A DNA stretch of 64,000 nucleotides from the human T2T-CHM13v2.0 reference genome, Homo sapiens, in assembly GCF_009914755.1 (NCBI RefSeq), contig NC_060933.1. One strand, 5' to 3'. Of this stretch, positions 15,821 to 35,184 are shown one piece after another. Numbering within the stretch: position 1 is the first letter of the stretch; the number at the start of each line of letters is the position of its first letter. A model generated the notes under the pieces. That model was not told where the DNA came from. It ran no database searches and worked only from the letters and a program-made list of their open reading frames with translations. The translations under genes were made by a program, and so were the position numbers.

Positions 15821-16475
15821 GAAATTTGGGGGAGAGGGCCCCAGTTTTCAGGCCTGCACCTTCAGCAAACCTCACCTTTGCCGCTGCCCTTGTTATTGTT
15901 CGACAGAGGAAAACCTTCCAGGCCACTCTCCTGGGAGCACAGAACTGCTCCGGAGAGCCAGGAATACTGACCAAGCCACTCACAGCAGGGGCCGGGAGGG
16001 GCTGCAAAGGAGCATGTATGGAGTTCCCACTGTATCGTTGTATGCGAGAGGCACTAGCTGGGGGCTTTACCCTCAGTCGCTGATAGCACCTTCAAGGAGC
16101 CCCTAAGGTACATACCCTATTATCTCTCTACTTTGCACATGAGGAAACTGAGTCTCTATAACAGTAATTTGCCCAAGTCACCCAGCTGGGAAGTGGCATA
16201 GCTGGAATTTGAACCCAGGTCTCCCAAGCACCTGAGCCCTGCTCTTTCTCCCTGAATTAAGCCAGTTCGTAAGACCTACAAGGCCCTGGAATCCATCAAA
16301 GTGACTGTGGTTCTTTCCAGATCTGTGACCCCAGCCATATGCCTTCTCTTTTCTGAGTCTCAACTTCCTCATTTGCAATATGAGAGGAAATTGTTGTAAA
16401 AACTAAATGAGACAGGAAGGTGAGAATGCTTGGTCATCATTGGTATTAGGTCAGCATTGCAGAGCTTCATCACAC

Positions 16476-16742
16476 TTTTTTTTTTTTTTGAGACTGGGTC
16501 TCGCTCTGTCACCCAGGCTGGAGAGCAGTGCAATTACAGCTCACTGCACCCTCAAAGTCTTCAGAGATTCTCCCACCTCAGCCTCCACAGCAGCTGGGAC
16601 TATAAGTGTGCAACACTGCACTTACCTAGTTTTTTAAATTTTTTGCAGAGATAGGGGTCTTGCTATGTTGAGAAGGCTGGTCTCCAACTTCTGGCCTCAA
16701 GCAATCCTCTCACCTTGGCCTTCCAAAGTGCTGGGGTTATAG
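16476..16742 (-). mobile_element. AluJ
   Basis: T-tail, diverged dimer, TSD atcacact. Confidence 0.88.
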
Positions 16743-18977
16743 AATCACACTTCTTGACCATTCTCAAAAACCACCGCCACCCTCAAAGAAGGTGGCCAAA
16801 TCTACACAGATAGAACTTTACCTGTCCCTCGCTCAGGACTCTGAAAGAGCATTCTCTGCCCAGAGCCATGAGCAACCTGAAAGCAGAATTGCACCCCATT
16901 TGTCTACCCCAAGTGATCATCACAGAAACCAACACTTAGTAGGGACTCAATAAATGCTATTGAATGAAAGAAAACATAAATCTGAATGAAAAGTTAGCCA
17001 CAAGACATGTCACATGCTGTGACGAAAAGAGTTGGGAATCAAAAGAACTGGTTCTGGCTCTACTAATAATGCATTATGGGCACTCACTGGCCCTCTCTGG
17101 ATCTCAGGGATCCCATTAATTGAACTGAGAGAGGTGGAGTAGGTATTCTTTGGCAGTCCATTTCAGCTCTGATTTTGTGTGAGGCTGTAGGGTTAATGGG
17201 AAAGAAAGATCACACCTTCTGCAGCCCACCCTCCCCTCTCCATGAAAAGCCAAAGCTACATTATGGGCATATTTGAGGATAGTCAGGGAACATTCTAAAT
17301 AAATGGCATCTATGTAACTCCTGATTTAATCAGAAACAGACCAGCAACATTCTCAACAGCCAGATCCTTCAGTCTATGGAATACAGACTCACTCATGTGT
17401 GCACTGAGCCTTACAGTTTGCAAAGTGCTTCACCTCCTTTGTCTTATTTAAACCTCAGCACAGTCCTGTGAGGGGCCCTACAATGGCAGAAGTCATCACC
17501 CTGTTTTACTGACCATGAAACTGAGGTCACAGGGATGAAATGACTTACCCAGAGGCATACGGGGAAACAGTAGTAGAGCTGAGATGTGAACCCAGAACCA
17601 GGCTCCTGACCCCAAATTTAGCCTTCTTTCCTCTACACAGTTCACCTGTACACAGGCTGTGAGCAGGAGATGAACTCATTCAACCAAAGCCTGATTTGGA
17701 GGTTCACAAGTTTATCACCTGGGTGGAAAACTGCCCAGCACAGTGGAGCATTTTAAAGTCAAATTTGGAGCAGAAGAGTGCATGCAGTGATACCAGATGG
17801 GCTTGTGGCCATGGAGAGTTGGCTGTATGGGAGGCAAGAGGCCAAGCCTGGGCTGCAAGCCTCATATGCCACTCAGTGCTGCAGCTGGAAGGATGGCCTA
17901 CATTCAACCTCTGAATATGGAGATACTGAAAGACAGCCATGCCCATAGATACATACCCACTGCCCAAGCTCCCTTCCCCATGCCTACCCTGTTCCCCCAG
18001 CTGTCCTGGTTGTCTCAACCCTTCCCCTGGGATGCCCAGGACCCACTTGCAACTAAAAGGTTAAAGCCTGGCATCGCAGGGGCCCGGTCTGAGCAGGCTT
18101 CCATTCTAATTGATCCAGGGCATATTCTGATTGGCCAATACCTCCTGCCCTGCAGAGTGTTAAAATTTTTTTCAGTTATAGAAAAATTTGAATTTTATTA
18201 GTTAAAACATTATATCTATGATACGTTCTTACCAAACAGTAGGAAATTGTAATTCCTGCAGCTAACATGAATTCTACTCAAGAACATGCTATTTCGGTTC
18301 TTTTGATGAAATTTTCTACCCTCAAAACTCTTCTTTCATCAATTAAAAAAAAAAAGACTAATTTACATCAATCGTTGTTATGCAACAGCTATTGCCATTT
18401 AATGGAGAAAGTGACCACCATTTCCCCTGCATTATTTCTACCATATAATCAGTTCCTAATAACCTATTATTGTCCTCCCATAAAAATCTCTGCATCCTAA
18501 TGTCTTGGCCTGCTCATTTCATTGTTGGTAGAGCCTTTCTTTCCTATAACCTACAATACCCTCTTGTCAGAAAAGCATCCTGAACACAATAAGTATGATG
18601 ACTGACATAATAATTTTACATTATACTCTACCCCTGCTCCAGGCTCTCTAATTCAGAAAATAGAATATTGTTAATATCACTCCATCAGGCTAGAAGAGAC
18701 CTTGGGGAATGTCTTAGTGCTTCTCTATCATTTGAGTTTGAAGATACTTTTTTAACAGCTATAAATTCCACAGTCCTTGCAACATACAAAGTAGATAGAC
18801 TTTTCAGTAAACACTGAGAAATTTTATGTCCAAAAAATGACCAAAAATTCAGTAACATCTTAAAATGAATTTGCATTTTATTTGTCACGCAGCTTGACAT
18901 ACATTTGAAAAGTAGTCATATATGCATATATACACACACACATACATACACACACACACATATATATATATAAAATA

Positions 18978-19540
18978 CAGGTTGAGTATCCCATATCCAA
19001 AATGCTTGGGAACAGAGTGCTTCAGATTTTGGATTTTGGGGGATTTTGGAACGTTTGCATGTGCATAAAGAGATCTCTTGGGGACAAGACTCAGGTCTAG
19101 ACACAAAATTTATTTATGTTTCATATATACCTTATAGACATAGTCCAAATGTAATTTTATACAATATTTTTATAATTTTATGCATGAAATAAAGTTTGTG
19201 TACATTGAACCATCAGAAGGCAAAGGTGCCACTCTCCCAGCCCCCCATGTGGACAATCTGGTTGTTTGGCATCACCATCATTCCTGACTCTGAATTTATA
19301 TGCTTCTGATTAGCAATCATTTTCTTATGCTAATTCACACCTAAGTACTTGATAGTAAAAAATATGACATACCATTAATGCAGTAAAAAACTAATGTGTT
19401 CAGGGTAACTGAGCAGCACAGTAGCATCACCAGAATGCCTGCATCAACTGTAAAACAACAGCAACAAATAACAGCAGGCTTTCATTCCCCATCTATAATG
19501 CTGTTTTGATTAAAAAGTTACTGTACACTGTATATTTGGG
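18978..19540 (-). mobile_element. Tigger4/Zombi (MER46 family) DNA transposon fragment
   Basis: TA + caggttgagtatccc..tccaaaatgcttggga terminal repeat; preceded by a (CA)/(TA) microsatellite at 18915-18975. Confidence 0.85.
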
Positions 19541-19551
19541 GTGGGGAGTTG

Positions 19552-19871
19552 AGCCGGGCATGATGGTTCACGCCTCTAATCTCAACACTTTGGGAGGCTG
19601 AGGTGGGAGGATCACTTGAGGCCAGGGGCTAGAGACCAGCCTGGGTAACATAGTGGGACCCTATCTCTACAAAAATAAAAGAAATAAAAATTTAAACAAA
19701 ATTAGCCAGGCATGGTGGTTCATGCCTGTAATCCCAGCTACTTAGGAGGCCAAGGTGGAAGGATCGCTTGAGCCCAGGCCCTCAAGGCTGCAGTCTTCTA
19801 TGATCGTCCCATTGCACTCCAGCCTGGGCAACAGAGCGAGACTCTCTCTCTCAAAAAAAAAAAAAAAAAAA
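19552..19871 (+). mobile_element. AluJ
   Basis: Diverged dimer with extended A linker. Confidence 0.9.
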
Positions 19872-20498
19872 GCCCACAAACAGTTGAAGGATCAGGAAGA
19901 GGGTATGCTGAGGCCGAGATGGAGTCACTGGTGAGTTCCACCAAATGTTTAATGAATAACACCGATACTTCATAAATTATTCCAATAAGATAGAAGAGGA
20001 AGGAATACTTCACATCTCAATCCGTGAAGCCACTATTACCCTGATGCCAAACAAGACGAAGATATCATGAGAAAAGCATAGACCAATATATTTTATGAAT
20101 ATAGATGTAAAATCTTCAAGAAAATGCTAGCAAACTGAATTCAACAACATATGAAAAGGATTATACACCATGCCCAAGCGGTATTTATCTCAGAATGTAA
20201 GGTTGGTGCAGCATATGAAAATCAATCAATATACTATGACATATTAATAGAATAAAGGACAAAAACTACACAGTCATCTCAATAGAGGCAGAAAATACAT
20301 TTGATAAGATCCAACTCCATTTCATGATGCCAAAAAAAAAAAAAAAAAACCTCAACAAAGTAGGCATAGGAGAGAATTTCCTCAATCTGAAAGAGGGAAG
20401 ATATGAAAAACTCACTGCTAACATCATACTTAATGGTGAAAAAAATGAATGCTTTCCCTAAGATCAGGAAGAGGAAAAGGATGTACATTCTCCCCACT

Positions 20499-22694
<2,196 letters not shown>

Positions 22695-23287
22695 TCTCCC
22701 CACTCCTATTCAACACCATATTGAAGGTTCTAGCCAGAGCAATTAAGCAAGAAAAGCAGATACAAGGCATCCATATTGGAAAGAAACAAGTAAACCTATC
22801 TCTATTTGCAGATGACCTGATGATCACCTCTATTAGCAGATGATTTGCAAAGAAAATCCTAATGAATACACACACACACAATTAGAACTAATAAACAAGT
22901 CCAATAAAATTGAAGGATACAAGCCAATATACAAAAGTGAAGTATATTTCTATATGCTAACAATGAAAAATTAAAATGAAATTAAGAAAATAATTCCATT
23001 TACAATAGCATCAAAAAGAATAAAACATTAAAAATAAATTTAACAAAATAATTGCAAGGCTTGCCTACTTAAAACTATAAAACATAGTTGAAAGAAATTA
23101 AAGAAAACCTAAATAAATGGAAAGACATCCCATGTTTATGGATCAGAAGACATAATATTATTATGATGGCAATACTGCACAAACTAACCTACAAATGCAA
23201 CATAATCCCTATCAAAATCTGTTTTATAGAAATTGATAGGCTGATCCTAAAATGCATATGAGAATGGAAAGGTCACAGAATAACCTA

Positions 23288-23649
<362 letters not shown>

Positions 23650-25736
23650 TCAAACTTACTACAACGACAGTAATCAAGGCAGTGTGATACTGGTATAATG
23701 CTGGACATATAGATCTAGAGGGAAATTTATAGCTATAAATGCCTATATTACAAAAGAAGAAAACATTATATTTTGCATTTCTCAAAACCCATAGAACTAC
23801 ACAACACAGAATGAGCCCTAATGTAAACTATGGATGTTAGTTAATAATAATATATCAACATTGGCTTATCAATTGTAACAAATGTACCACTCTAATGCAA
23901 GATGTTAATAACTCAATAAAATGCTAGCAAACTTAATCCAACAATATATAAAAAGGATTATACACCATGACCAAGTGGTATTTATCCCAGGAATGTTAAG
24001 GTTGATACTGCATATGAAAATCATTAATGGAATAAAATTCAAAGTCCAGAAATAGACCCTTGTATTTATGATCAAGTGATTTTTGATGAGGGTGCCAAGA
24101 CCTTTCAATGGGGGAAAGAATAGTCTTTTCAACAAATGATGCCGAGACAACTAGATATCTTCCCCGCACCACCCCCCAAAAAAGAAGCTAGACTATGACC
24201 TCACATTATATACAAAAATTAGCTCAAAATGGATTACAAACTTAAATCTAAGAGCAAAACTATGAAACTCCTAGAAGAAAATGTAGGAGTAAACCTTTGT
24301 GACCTTAGATTAGGGGATGGTTTCTTAGATATTATTCCAAAAGCACGAGCAACAAAAGTAAGCTATATTGAACTGCATCAAAATTTAAAATTTTGTGCTT
24401 CAAAGGACACCATAATACAACCCACAGAATGGGAGAAAAGATTTGCAAATCATATATCTGAAAAGGGACTTGTACAAAGAATATGTAAAGAATTCCTACA
24501 ACTCAACAGTAAAACAAGTAACCCAGTTTAAAAATAGGCAAAGAATTTCAAAGACATTTCCTGAAGCAGATATACAAATGGATGATAAGCATATGAAAAG
24601 ATGCTTGACATCATTAGTCATTAAAGAAATGCAAATCAAAACCACAATTGGTTACCACCTCACACCCACTTGGATGGCTAAAAATCAAACTGACAGAGAA
24701 TAACAAGTACTGGAGAGGATCTGGAGAAATTAGAATCACTGGGAAGGATGTAAAATGGTGGAGTTGCTGTGGAAAGCAGTCTGGTAATTCTTCAAAATGT
24801 CAAACAGTTAGCCAGCAATCCCACTCCTAGGTATATATCCAAGAAAACTGGAAACATGTCCATACAAAAATCTGTACACAAATGTTCATAACATTAGTCA
24901 TAATAACCAAAAAGTGGAAACAACACAAATGTCCATCAACTGAAGGATGGATTAAAAAAAATTCATATAGACACAAGGGAATATTATTATGAAATATTAT
25001 TCAGTGATAAAAAGGAATGAAGTAGTGATACATGCTATGATATAGGTGAACCTTAAAAATTATGCTAAGTAAAAGAGTCAGCCACAAAAGGCTACATATT
25101 GTATATTTCCACTTGTATTTAATGTCCAGAATAGGCAAATCCATAGAGTAGATTAGTAGTTGCCAGGGGCTAGGGAGAAGAAATGAGGAATGACTGCTAA
25201 TAGGTATAGGGTTTCTTTTGGGGTAATGAAAATCTTCTGGAATTAGATAGTGGTGATGGCTGTGTAAGTCTGCGATTGTGTTAAAACCCAATAAATAGTA
25301 TACTTTAAAATAGTGAATTTTATTTTATGCAAAATATATCTCAATAAAGCTGGATTTTTTTAAAAGGTCATTATAGCAAACCAGGCAAGAGATTGTTGTA
25401 GCTTAAACCAGGATAATGGCAATGAAAATGAACAGAAATAAACAAACTGAAAGAATTCTGGGGAAGTAGGAAAGATAGAACTTCAGAATTGATTGGCTAT
25501 GGAGGGAGAATGAGAGTGATATGTTCCAGATAAATTAAGAAGCTAAATAATTTAAAATCATGGAACACAAACATTTGTAGGAAATATGCGTATAAAAAGT
25601 TTAGAAGGAAAAATACAAAAATGGTAATAATAGCTATGTTATAGTAAGAGAAATTAAATAACTTTTTAAAATCTCATTTTCCAGAATTTCTATAATGTGA
25701 CTGACTATATTGCTTTTGTGTTTAAAAATAGTTTTT

Positions 25737-26138
<402 letters not shown>

Positions 26139-26329
26139 TTACAAAGGAAAATATTCAAACATGAATATATGAAACTTTTTATGTATACAATCAAAATTTT
26201 AAAATAAAGAAAATCAAATTCATCAATGCTATATACCATATACATGCTAATATAGGCTTATTAATTTTTTAAAAATCAACCATCCAGTATAAGTAGAGAG
26301 AAAAATAACATTAAAGACAGTCGATTTTC

Positions 26330-28760
<2,431 letters not shown>

Positions 28761-29401
28761 GAGTTACAAGATACCCTTGGAGACAACTTAGTAACACTAT
28801 ATTAACCATAAAAAATTTGTGGCCCCATAAATCTTGTTCTTGGGAATTTGTCTTAAGAATATTTCAAAAAAATATAAAAAGCTTTTCATACAAATACATT
28901 CATAGTAATTTCACCTACACCAAAGATACTGGAAATTACCTAAGTGCCTAGCTACTGTGAAAGGGTTAAATCAACACTAGACCATTTCCTTCACAATTAC
29001 AGATGAAAAACAAGAAGTGAGGAGCAGCATTTAGCTATGTTTATAAAATAATGCAAATGCACTTTGTAAAAAACTACGGAATTGTACTTATGCTATGGTT
29101 ACACTTATGTAAACATGCATACTTATGCATAAGAACACAAAGGTAAGAAAAACAACAGAAAATTCTAGTAGATGAATGATAGGTAATTGGCATGTGGGTG
29201 ACTTTTTCTTCCTGATTTGTCTCCTGTAACATTACAATGTTTTCATAACAGTTTTTAAAATGTCTTCTTGTTGGTTTTGGCTCAGGCTCCCAACCCAGTG
29301 ATTATTCCATGCCTTGAGTCTGTCAGCTCCCAGCATTAGCACCTCAGTGTGGTCAGCCACAAGCCCAATCAGCCTGCCTTCCTCTGTGTCTTCCTCTAAG
29401 T

Positions 29402-29631
29402 CAGGAGTGTCCAGTCTTTTGGCTTCCCTAGGCCACACTGGAAGAAAAAGAATTGTCTCGGGCCACACGTAAAATACACTAAAACTAACAATAGCTGGTG
29501 AACTAAAAAAAAAAAAAAAGAAAGAAAGAAATCTCATAATGTTCTAAGACAGTTTAAGAACTTGTGTTGGGCAGCATTCAAAGTTGTCCTGGGCTGCATG
29601 AGGTCCGCAGGCCACAGGTTGGATGAGCTTG
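29402..29631. mobile_element. MER30 (hAT-Charlie)
   Basis: caggagtgtcca...ttggatgagcttg with a perfect 8-bp TSD ctctaagt on both sides. Confidence 0.9.
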
Positions 29632-32339
29632 CTCTAAGTCATTGATAAAATGCTGGACAGGCTTAGGGTATGGTATAAAGGATGCCCCCTTTTCTTCTCT
29701 TGGTGGAAATCATCTGTCACTGTTTGACTCTTTAGGTTATTTCAATCTAATAAATGACAAATTCTAGAAACCCACTTCCCAAGGAAGGGGTACTAGAAGG
29801 TGGATTAACAAAGTGAACCTGAGGAGCGAGTGGAACTGCTTACCTGTGCTTGGATAGTCTTGTTCATTCACTGGGTAAAGCTGATGTCAATCATCTCTGG
29901 CCAGCAAATGCCCCAACTTTCAGAGGCAGCTCCACAAACCAGAGATGAGAATATAGTAGGAAGTCTATGAGAGGGTTAAAACTTTGAAAACAGAAGTGAC
30001 AGAAGCCTGCACAGGCTTTCAGAGAGCATTAATATGATTCTTTCCATAGCTGGGCCCCTGCTTTGCTTAAAAGAGTCTTGTAGGGCAAAGCCCGAGTGGT
30101 CAGAGAGCTACTGGAACACCAACCCCACAAGGCAGCTAACTGACAGCCTTTCCTAAGCCTTGTCAACTCCACCTCCTGGCCATTTCAGAAGCAATCTTTC
30201 CTCTCCTTCCTTTCACTTCTTTCCATCCTCGCAACCCTTACACACATCCAGGGCTTCACCACTGTGTTAGTCCTCTGACCCAGAGCTCTGTTCCAGCAGT
30301 ATGTTTGGTCCCACCACCTATGGACAGTTTGGCCTCGCCAGGGCTCAGGGAAGGCAGGGAGCGCTACACACCAGCCACCCAAGGTGAGGCCCCCTACACA
30401 GACCTGAGCAGCTGTTCCTCATCTTTTCATATTCCTGAATTACATTTAAACCCACAACAGGAGGGCAAGCTCAGCTCTCCTGGCCAGCCCCAGGGTTCCC
30501 TAGAGTCCTACCCTAGTGGCTGATAGACATGATGACCATGCGGATGGCTTCAGGACTGACAAAAACACCCCTGAACCTATAGAAGCTGGGACCCTGCTCA
30601 GTGCTGAATCTTTCCCCGACCCTCCTGCCAAAAGTTGGGCTACATCTGCCCAGGCAAAGGCCAGGGCTACATGCACATGCAAGACCCTAAGTTTCCAGGA
30701 CACCAGGGAGAAAGGTTGCTCCTGTGAGACCCTCAGACCCCAGCCCAGTAGGGCCAAGTTAGCCAAACTCTCCCTCAAAGCTTCTTATTTCTAGACCCCA
30801 GGATAATCCCTGGGTCCCCAGTACCTGAACCTAGGGTAGAAGATGGTGCTCCGAGTCTGAATCTCCCCTCATGCCTGCTTATCACCTGCAAGACCCCTGC
30901 TTCTGGGCTGCTTTGCAGTTGCCCACCTGTCTAGATGGCCTACCTTTCCATTACCATGCCTTCCAGATCCAGTGCTCTGCCAGTTATCCTGGATATGCTC
31001 CCAATGCCCAGTTAGTGACAGGCCTGAGAGTAGCCCCTGGGTCTCCTGATACATTAGTGTATTTAATATGTGCAAAGTGGTTACAACAGTGTGTGTTCAT
31101 GGAAGAGTTATGTATGTCTGAGTTAATATTACTAACTTTCACAACTCTCTTACATTACTATTTATCCCCATTGTATAGATCGACAGGTTGAGGCTGAGTG
31201 GATAAGTGACTGGCCCAAGGCTGCACAGCTTGGAAGAGGCAGAGACAGGAACTGACCCAAGACTGGATGACTGAGTAACAGGCTCTCACAGGAGGGTCAC
31301 ATTGTGACAGAAGACTTGGTGGGGGGCAGTGTCCTCAGATGCTGGGAAAGGGAAGACCAAGGGAGAGTGGAAAGGAGCTGCATTGTGTAGGGAGGGGGTC
31401 TTGAATGACAGGCCCAGGAAATAGCACTTGATCTTGCAGGAGGATGATGGGAAGCATTGAGGGTTTGTGCAGAGCCAGCAGGAGCGCCCGCTGGGAGCGG
31501 ACTGTTTAGAACCTTGGACATGTGGAGAAAGCTGATGCCGCATAACCCTGTGTGCCTCTCCTCCCTAAGTTAGGCTCTGCCCAGCAGAGGAAGCTCTTGG
31601 GCAGAAAGGCGGAGGATCTGACTCCCACGGGCTCCAGGGTCCTCCTGGGTGGATGTCCCTCCGTCCTGTCTTGCCACTCTCTGTGCCATCCTCCAGGACA
31701 AAGGAGGCTCGTATGGGCAACTGGAACCCGGCTGGAGTGTGCAGCTGGCCCCCTCACTTCCAGCCCGCAGGCTGCCGCGGGGGTGACTCCCGGGAGATGC
31801 GCCTAGAGAGGCAGGACACCTGCACGCATATTCGTAACAGAGGCAGAAATACTGACGGCGAAACCTAGAGAGACTTGCACTCCAGGCCCGGGGGGTGGGG
31901 GGGCGGGGGAGAAGCCTTAGGGAGAGTGGGGAGGAGGCCAGAGGAGAGCTGGCTGCTCTCTCGTGTTGAGGTTCAAGTGTCTTCCAGCTCCCCGCGCCCC
32001 CTCCTCACCGTGCCACCGCCCACCTCATGCTTTGGGCGCCAAGCAGCCAAGCAACCGGGTTGCGTTGTAGGGGGAGGCAATCAGCCCTGTTACCCCTCCT
32101 CAGGCGGCCGGACTGAGCTGCGGGATGGGATCCCTACAGAGACTGGCCTGGGTAAGGGGAAAAAATCACTGCCTCTTCCTGTGCCTCTAGTGGTTGAACT
32201 AGAATCCTGGCTAGCTCATCTCGCTTTTGAAGGGGGAAGGGGAGTAATCATCGGCTCTTTTGAGATTGTCTTGCAAACCATGGACTCTCTCCCCAGAAAT
32301 GAACACCCACAATCTAGTGTGTAAATTTCAGGTTTCCAA

Positions 32340-33300
32340 GTGTTCCAAAGCCGCGCACAAATTTCGGAACCAGACCAAGAATCCTGGACTCTAGACGTTG
32401 CCTGGGGGCCGATCCTGCGCCCAGGGTCCCAGAATCTAACTGAAATGCGCCTGCGGGCCGCCACCTTCGCCCCGGGCCACGGCTTTGCCAGGAATGCCCG
32501 CCGCCACAGCTGAACTCCCGCCCGCCCGCCTGGGTCGGATCAGACGCGGGTAGTGGCTTGCGCTTCGTGGTCCTCGGGTCCGGAACGCAGGGAAAGCGCG
32601 TGGAGCCAACCTAGAGCGGGAGCAGGGTCTGGCTTGACTCTGTCCCCGATTCGTTGTGCGCAGTGGGACAAGTCCGCGCCGTCCGGAGCCGACTTCCCCT
32701 TCTCGTTGTGGCCGTAAAGCTGCTGGACCTCCAAGCCGGCTCCTGCGCTCCCCGCTGCTCTGAGAACACTGAGTGTCCCGGGCCCGCGCAGACTGGGTTG
32801 GGAGAGGGCTCTGTGGGAGGGCTTGCGGGGAGCGGGGTAAGAAAGGCTAGGTGCTTCTTACCTACGTAAGAAACGTTGGTGGCGGGATCTAAGCAAACGG
32901 GGAGGTGGGAAGCAGAAGGTTCCCCTTCCTGGGCCCCAGTTCCTCCATCCTGTCCCCTGGGTGACAGTGATTCGCTGTTCATAGTGTTTAAGTGGACCAA
33001 CTTAAAGGGAGAGAGCGCTTGCCGAGCTCTGGGAAACCGAAAGGGTCCACGCCCGCGGGAGCCTCGGAGACTCAAAATCCCCCGCTAGACCGCAGAAAAT
33101 GTTACACTTTAATCAACCGCTACTTCTTCCGTGGAGAGGGGCGGTGGGTGGGGGTGTGCGCATCTCATCGCGGCCTGTGAGTGGAACAGGCTAGAATTAT
33201 CCCCAGCGTCTTTTTTCCATGTCCAAGTTTCGCCTTAAAACAATTTAAAAGAGGAAGAAGAGGACCGCGCGTCTGTAAGGCGCTCCACTTTATCACCTTG
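32340..33300. promoter_or_regulatory. Upstream satellite CpG island
   Basis: CpG-rich unique sequence (gcccgccgcc, cgcgcc, GC-box-like cccgccc). Confidence 0.8.
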
Positions 33301-35002
33301 ACTCGGTGGAAGAGAAAGCACAGATATGGGATATCCCCACATACACACTTCACAGATAGAGAAACTGAGGCCTAAGAAGGGCAGTGGATGGTTTAAAGTC
33401 GCTGGGTGGGTCTTGAGCAATCTTGGGTGGAAACCCTCACAACACTGGTGCTGCCTTACATGGATGTCTTCTGTGGTCAGCAGGACGAGTGTGACTTGGG
33501 GGCCCCCTTTTGTGACAGTGTCTTGCTCTGATGCTCTCTAGGGCCATACAGCCCACTGACCCAGACAGAATGCACTGGAGTAACCTAAACAGGTCACTGC
33601 GATGCTGCTGTAAGGAGATCCTTGGATCAGATTTGCAAGTGTGGACGCCTGGAGTTTTGTTGTTCAGTAAAAAGGGCAGCCCAGGCCAAAGAATTAAGTA
33701 CAAGTAAGGCTCTGAGAACTCAAGAAAAGACAGAGAGGCTTTGGGGCCAAAGAGTAAGGCCCAAAGACCTGAGTTTCCTTCTCAGCCCAAGGCTTTTCTC
33801 TCTACAAGTCCCTTCCACAATCCAGGCCCAGTCTCCTTCCAGCTTGAATTTCCATGGTTTCTTTAATAGAAGAACTGGTTACCTCTGCGTCTGCATGCAG
33901 GGGAATCTCCGTCAAGGAATCTGGAGGAATTTTCCTTGACTCCTTGGACCCCTCTCGTTTTTATTTACAAAGTCGCCCATTCAAAACTGAGGAAAGCAGC
34001 TGTTGCAGAAGAACATCTTCTAAAGATTCCCAATAGCACCTCCAGCCCCCTATGCACATAAAATGGCCTGCTGCAGGCTGGCTTCTCCAGGGGTGCTGGG
34101 AATACTTGAAGGGCTGAAGATCAGTGGGAAGCAGAAATCACTGGCCTGCCCACATCAACACCAACCCACCCCTGCTGGATTGGGAGAATGATTTCCAAGG
34201 GTCTGGAACCTGCCCTTCCTAACTTCCAGATGATTCATAAACGTTAAGGAGCACTGTGGCAGAGAAGAGGGGAGGACTTGGCCATGACCATGTTCCTTCT
34301 CAAGAAACTGAGAAGGAAGCAATGGGAAGAGATAGGAAATGCCCCGAGGAGATTTTTGTGTATGGTTTTGATCCAAACGGGTAAACTTGTGACCTGTGTA
34401 CTCACCAAATCATTTAATGTGAACTCACTGTGGACTCACAGAATCTTCAAATGCATTATTCAAAGAGAACATTTATGAAATAGAAATTTAGGGGTCCTTG
34501 GTTTGCGAAAATCTTAGAATCATGATCTTGGAAATTCTAATCTCATGATGCTAGGTATTTGGTCTCGGCCACAGGAGTAGCTTGATATTAACAAAGTTTG
34601 AGAAAACCATCAGAATTCTAGAAGAATGAGGTCACAGACACAAGACACTGAAGAACAGAAAATCCTGAGACAAGAAGGCTTTTAGCCATAGTCGTTGCAG
34701 CTTAAAAGTAGAGGATCATAAAGTCATGGGACTAATCATTACAGCATATAATCACAAACATTAGAAGAATTATTGGAATCAGATTATTTGAACTACAGAA
34801 TAGCAGATCCAGCACTAACATTTTAGAATTAAGGAAGGAGAGAACTGCGGATTTACAGGATTCAAATTCTTCCAATCAGACATTCCTAAACAGGAATTCA
34901 AATTAAATAATATATAACTTAGAGTGGAAAAAATAAAAAACTGGAGAAGTGGCAGCTTCAAGAGTGGCATCATATTTTCAGGCACAAAATCTTAGGTCCC
35001 CG

Positions 35003-35184
35003 TTTTTTGTTTGTTTTGTTTTGCTTTTAAGAGACCGGGTCTCCCTTTGCTGCACAGGCTGGAGTGCTGTGGCTACTCACAGGCACAATGATTGTGCACT
35101 ACAGCCTGGAACTCCTGGGCTCAAGCGATCTTCCTGCCTTAACCTCCAGTAGCTGGGACTACAGGCTCCCGCCACCGTGCCTGG
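35003..35184 (-). mobile_element. Alu monomer (FRAM/AluJ-like)
   Basis: Single diverged arm with T-rich tail. Confidence 0.8.
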
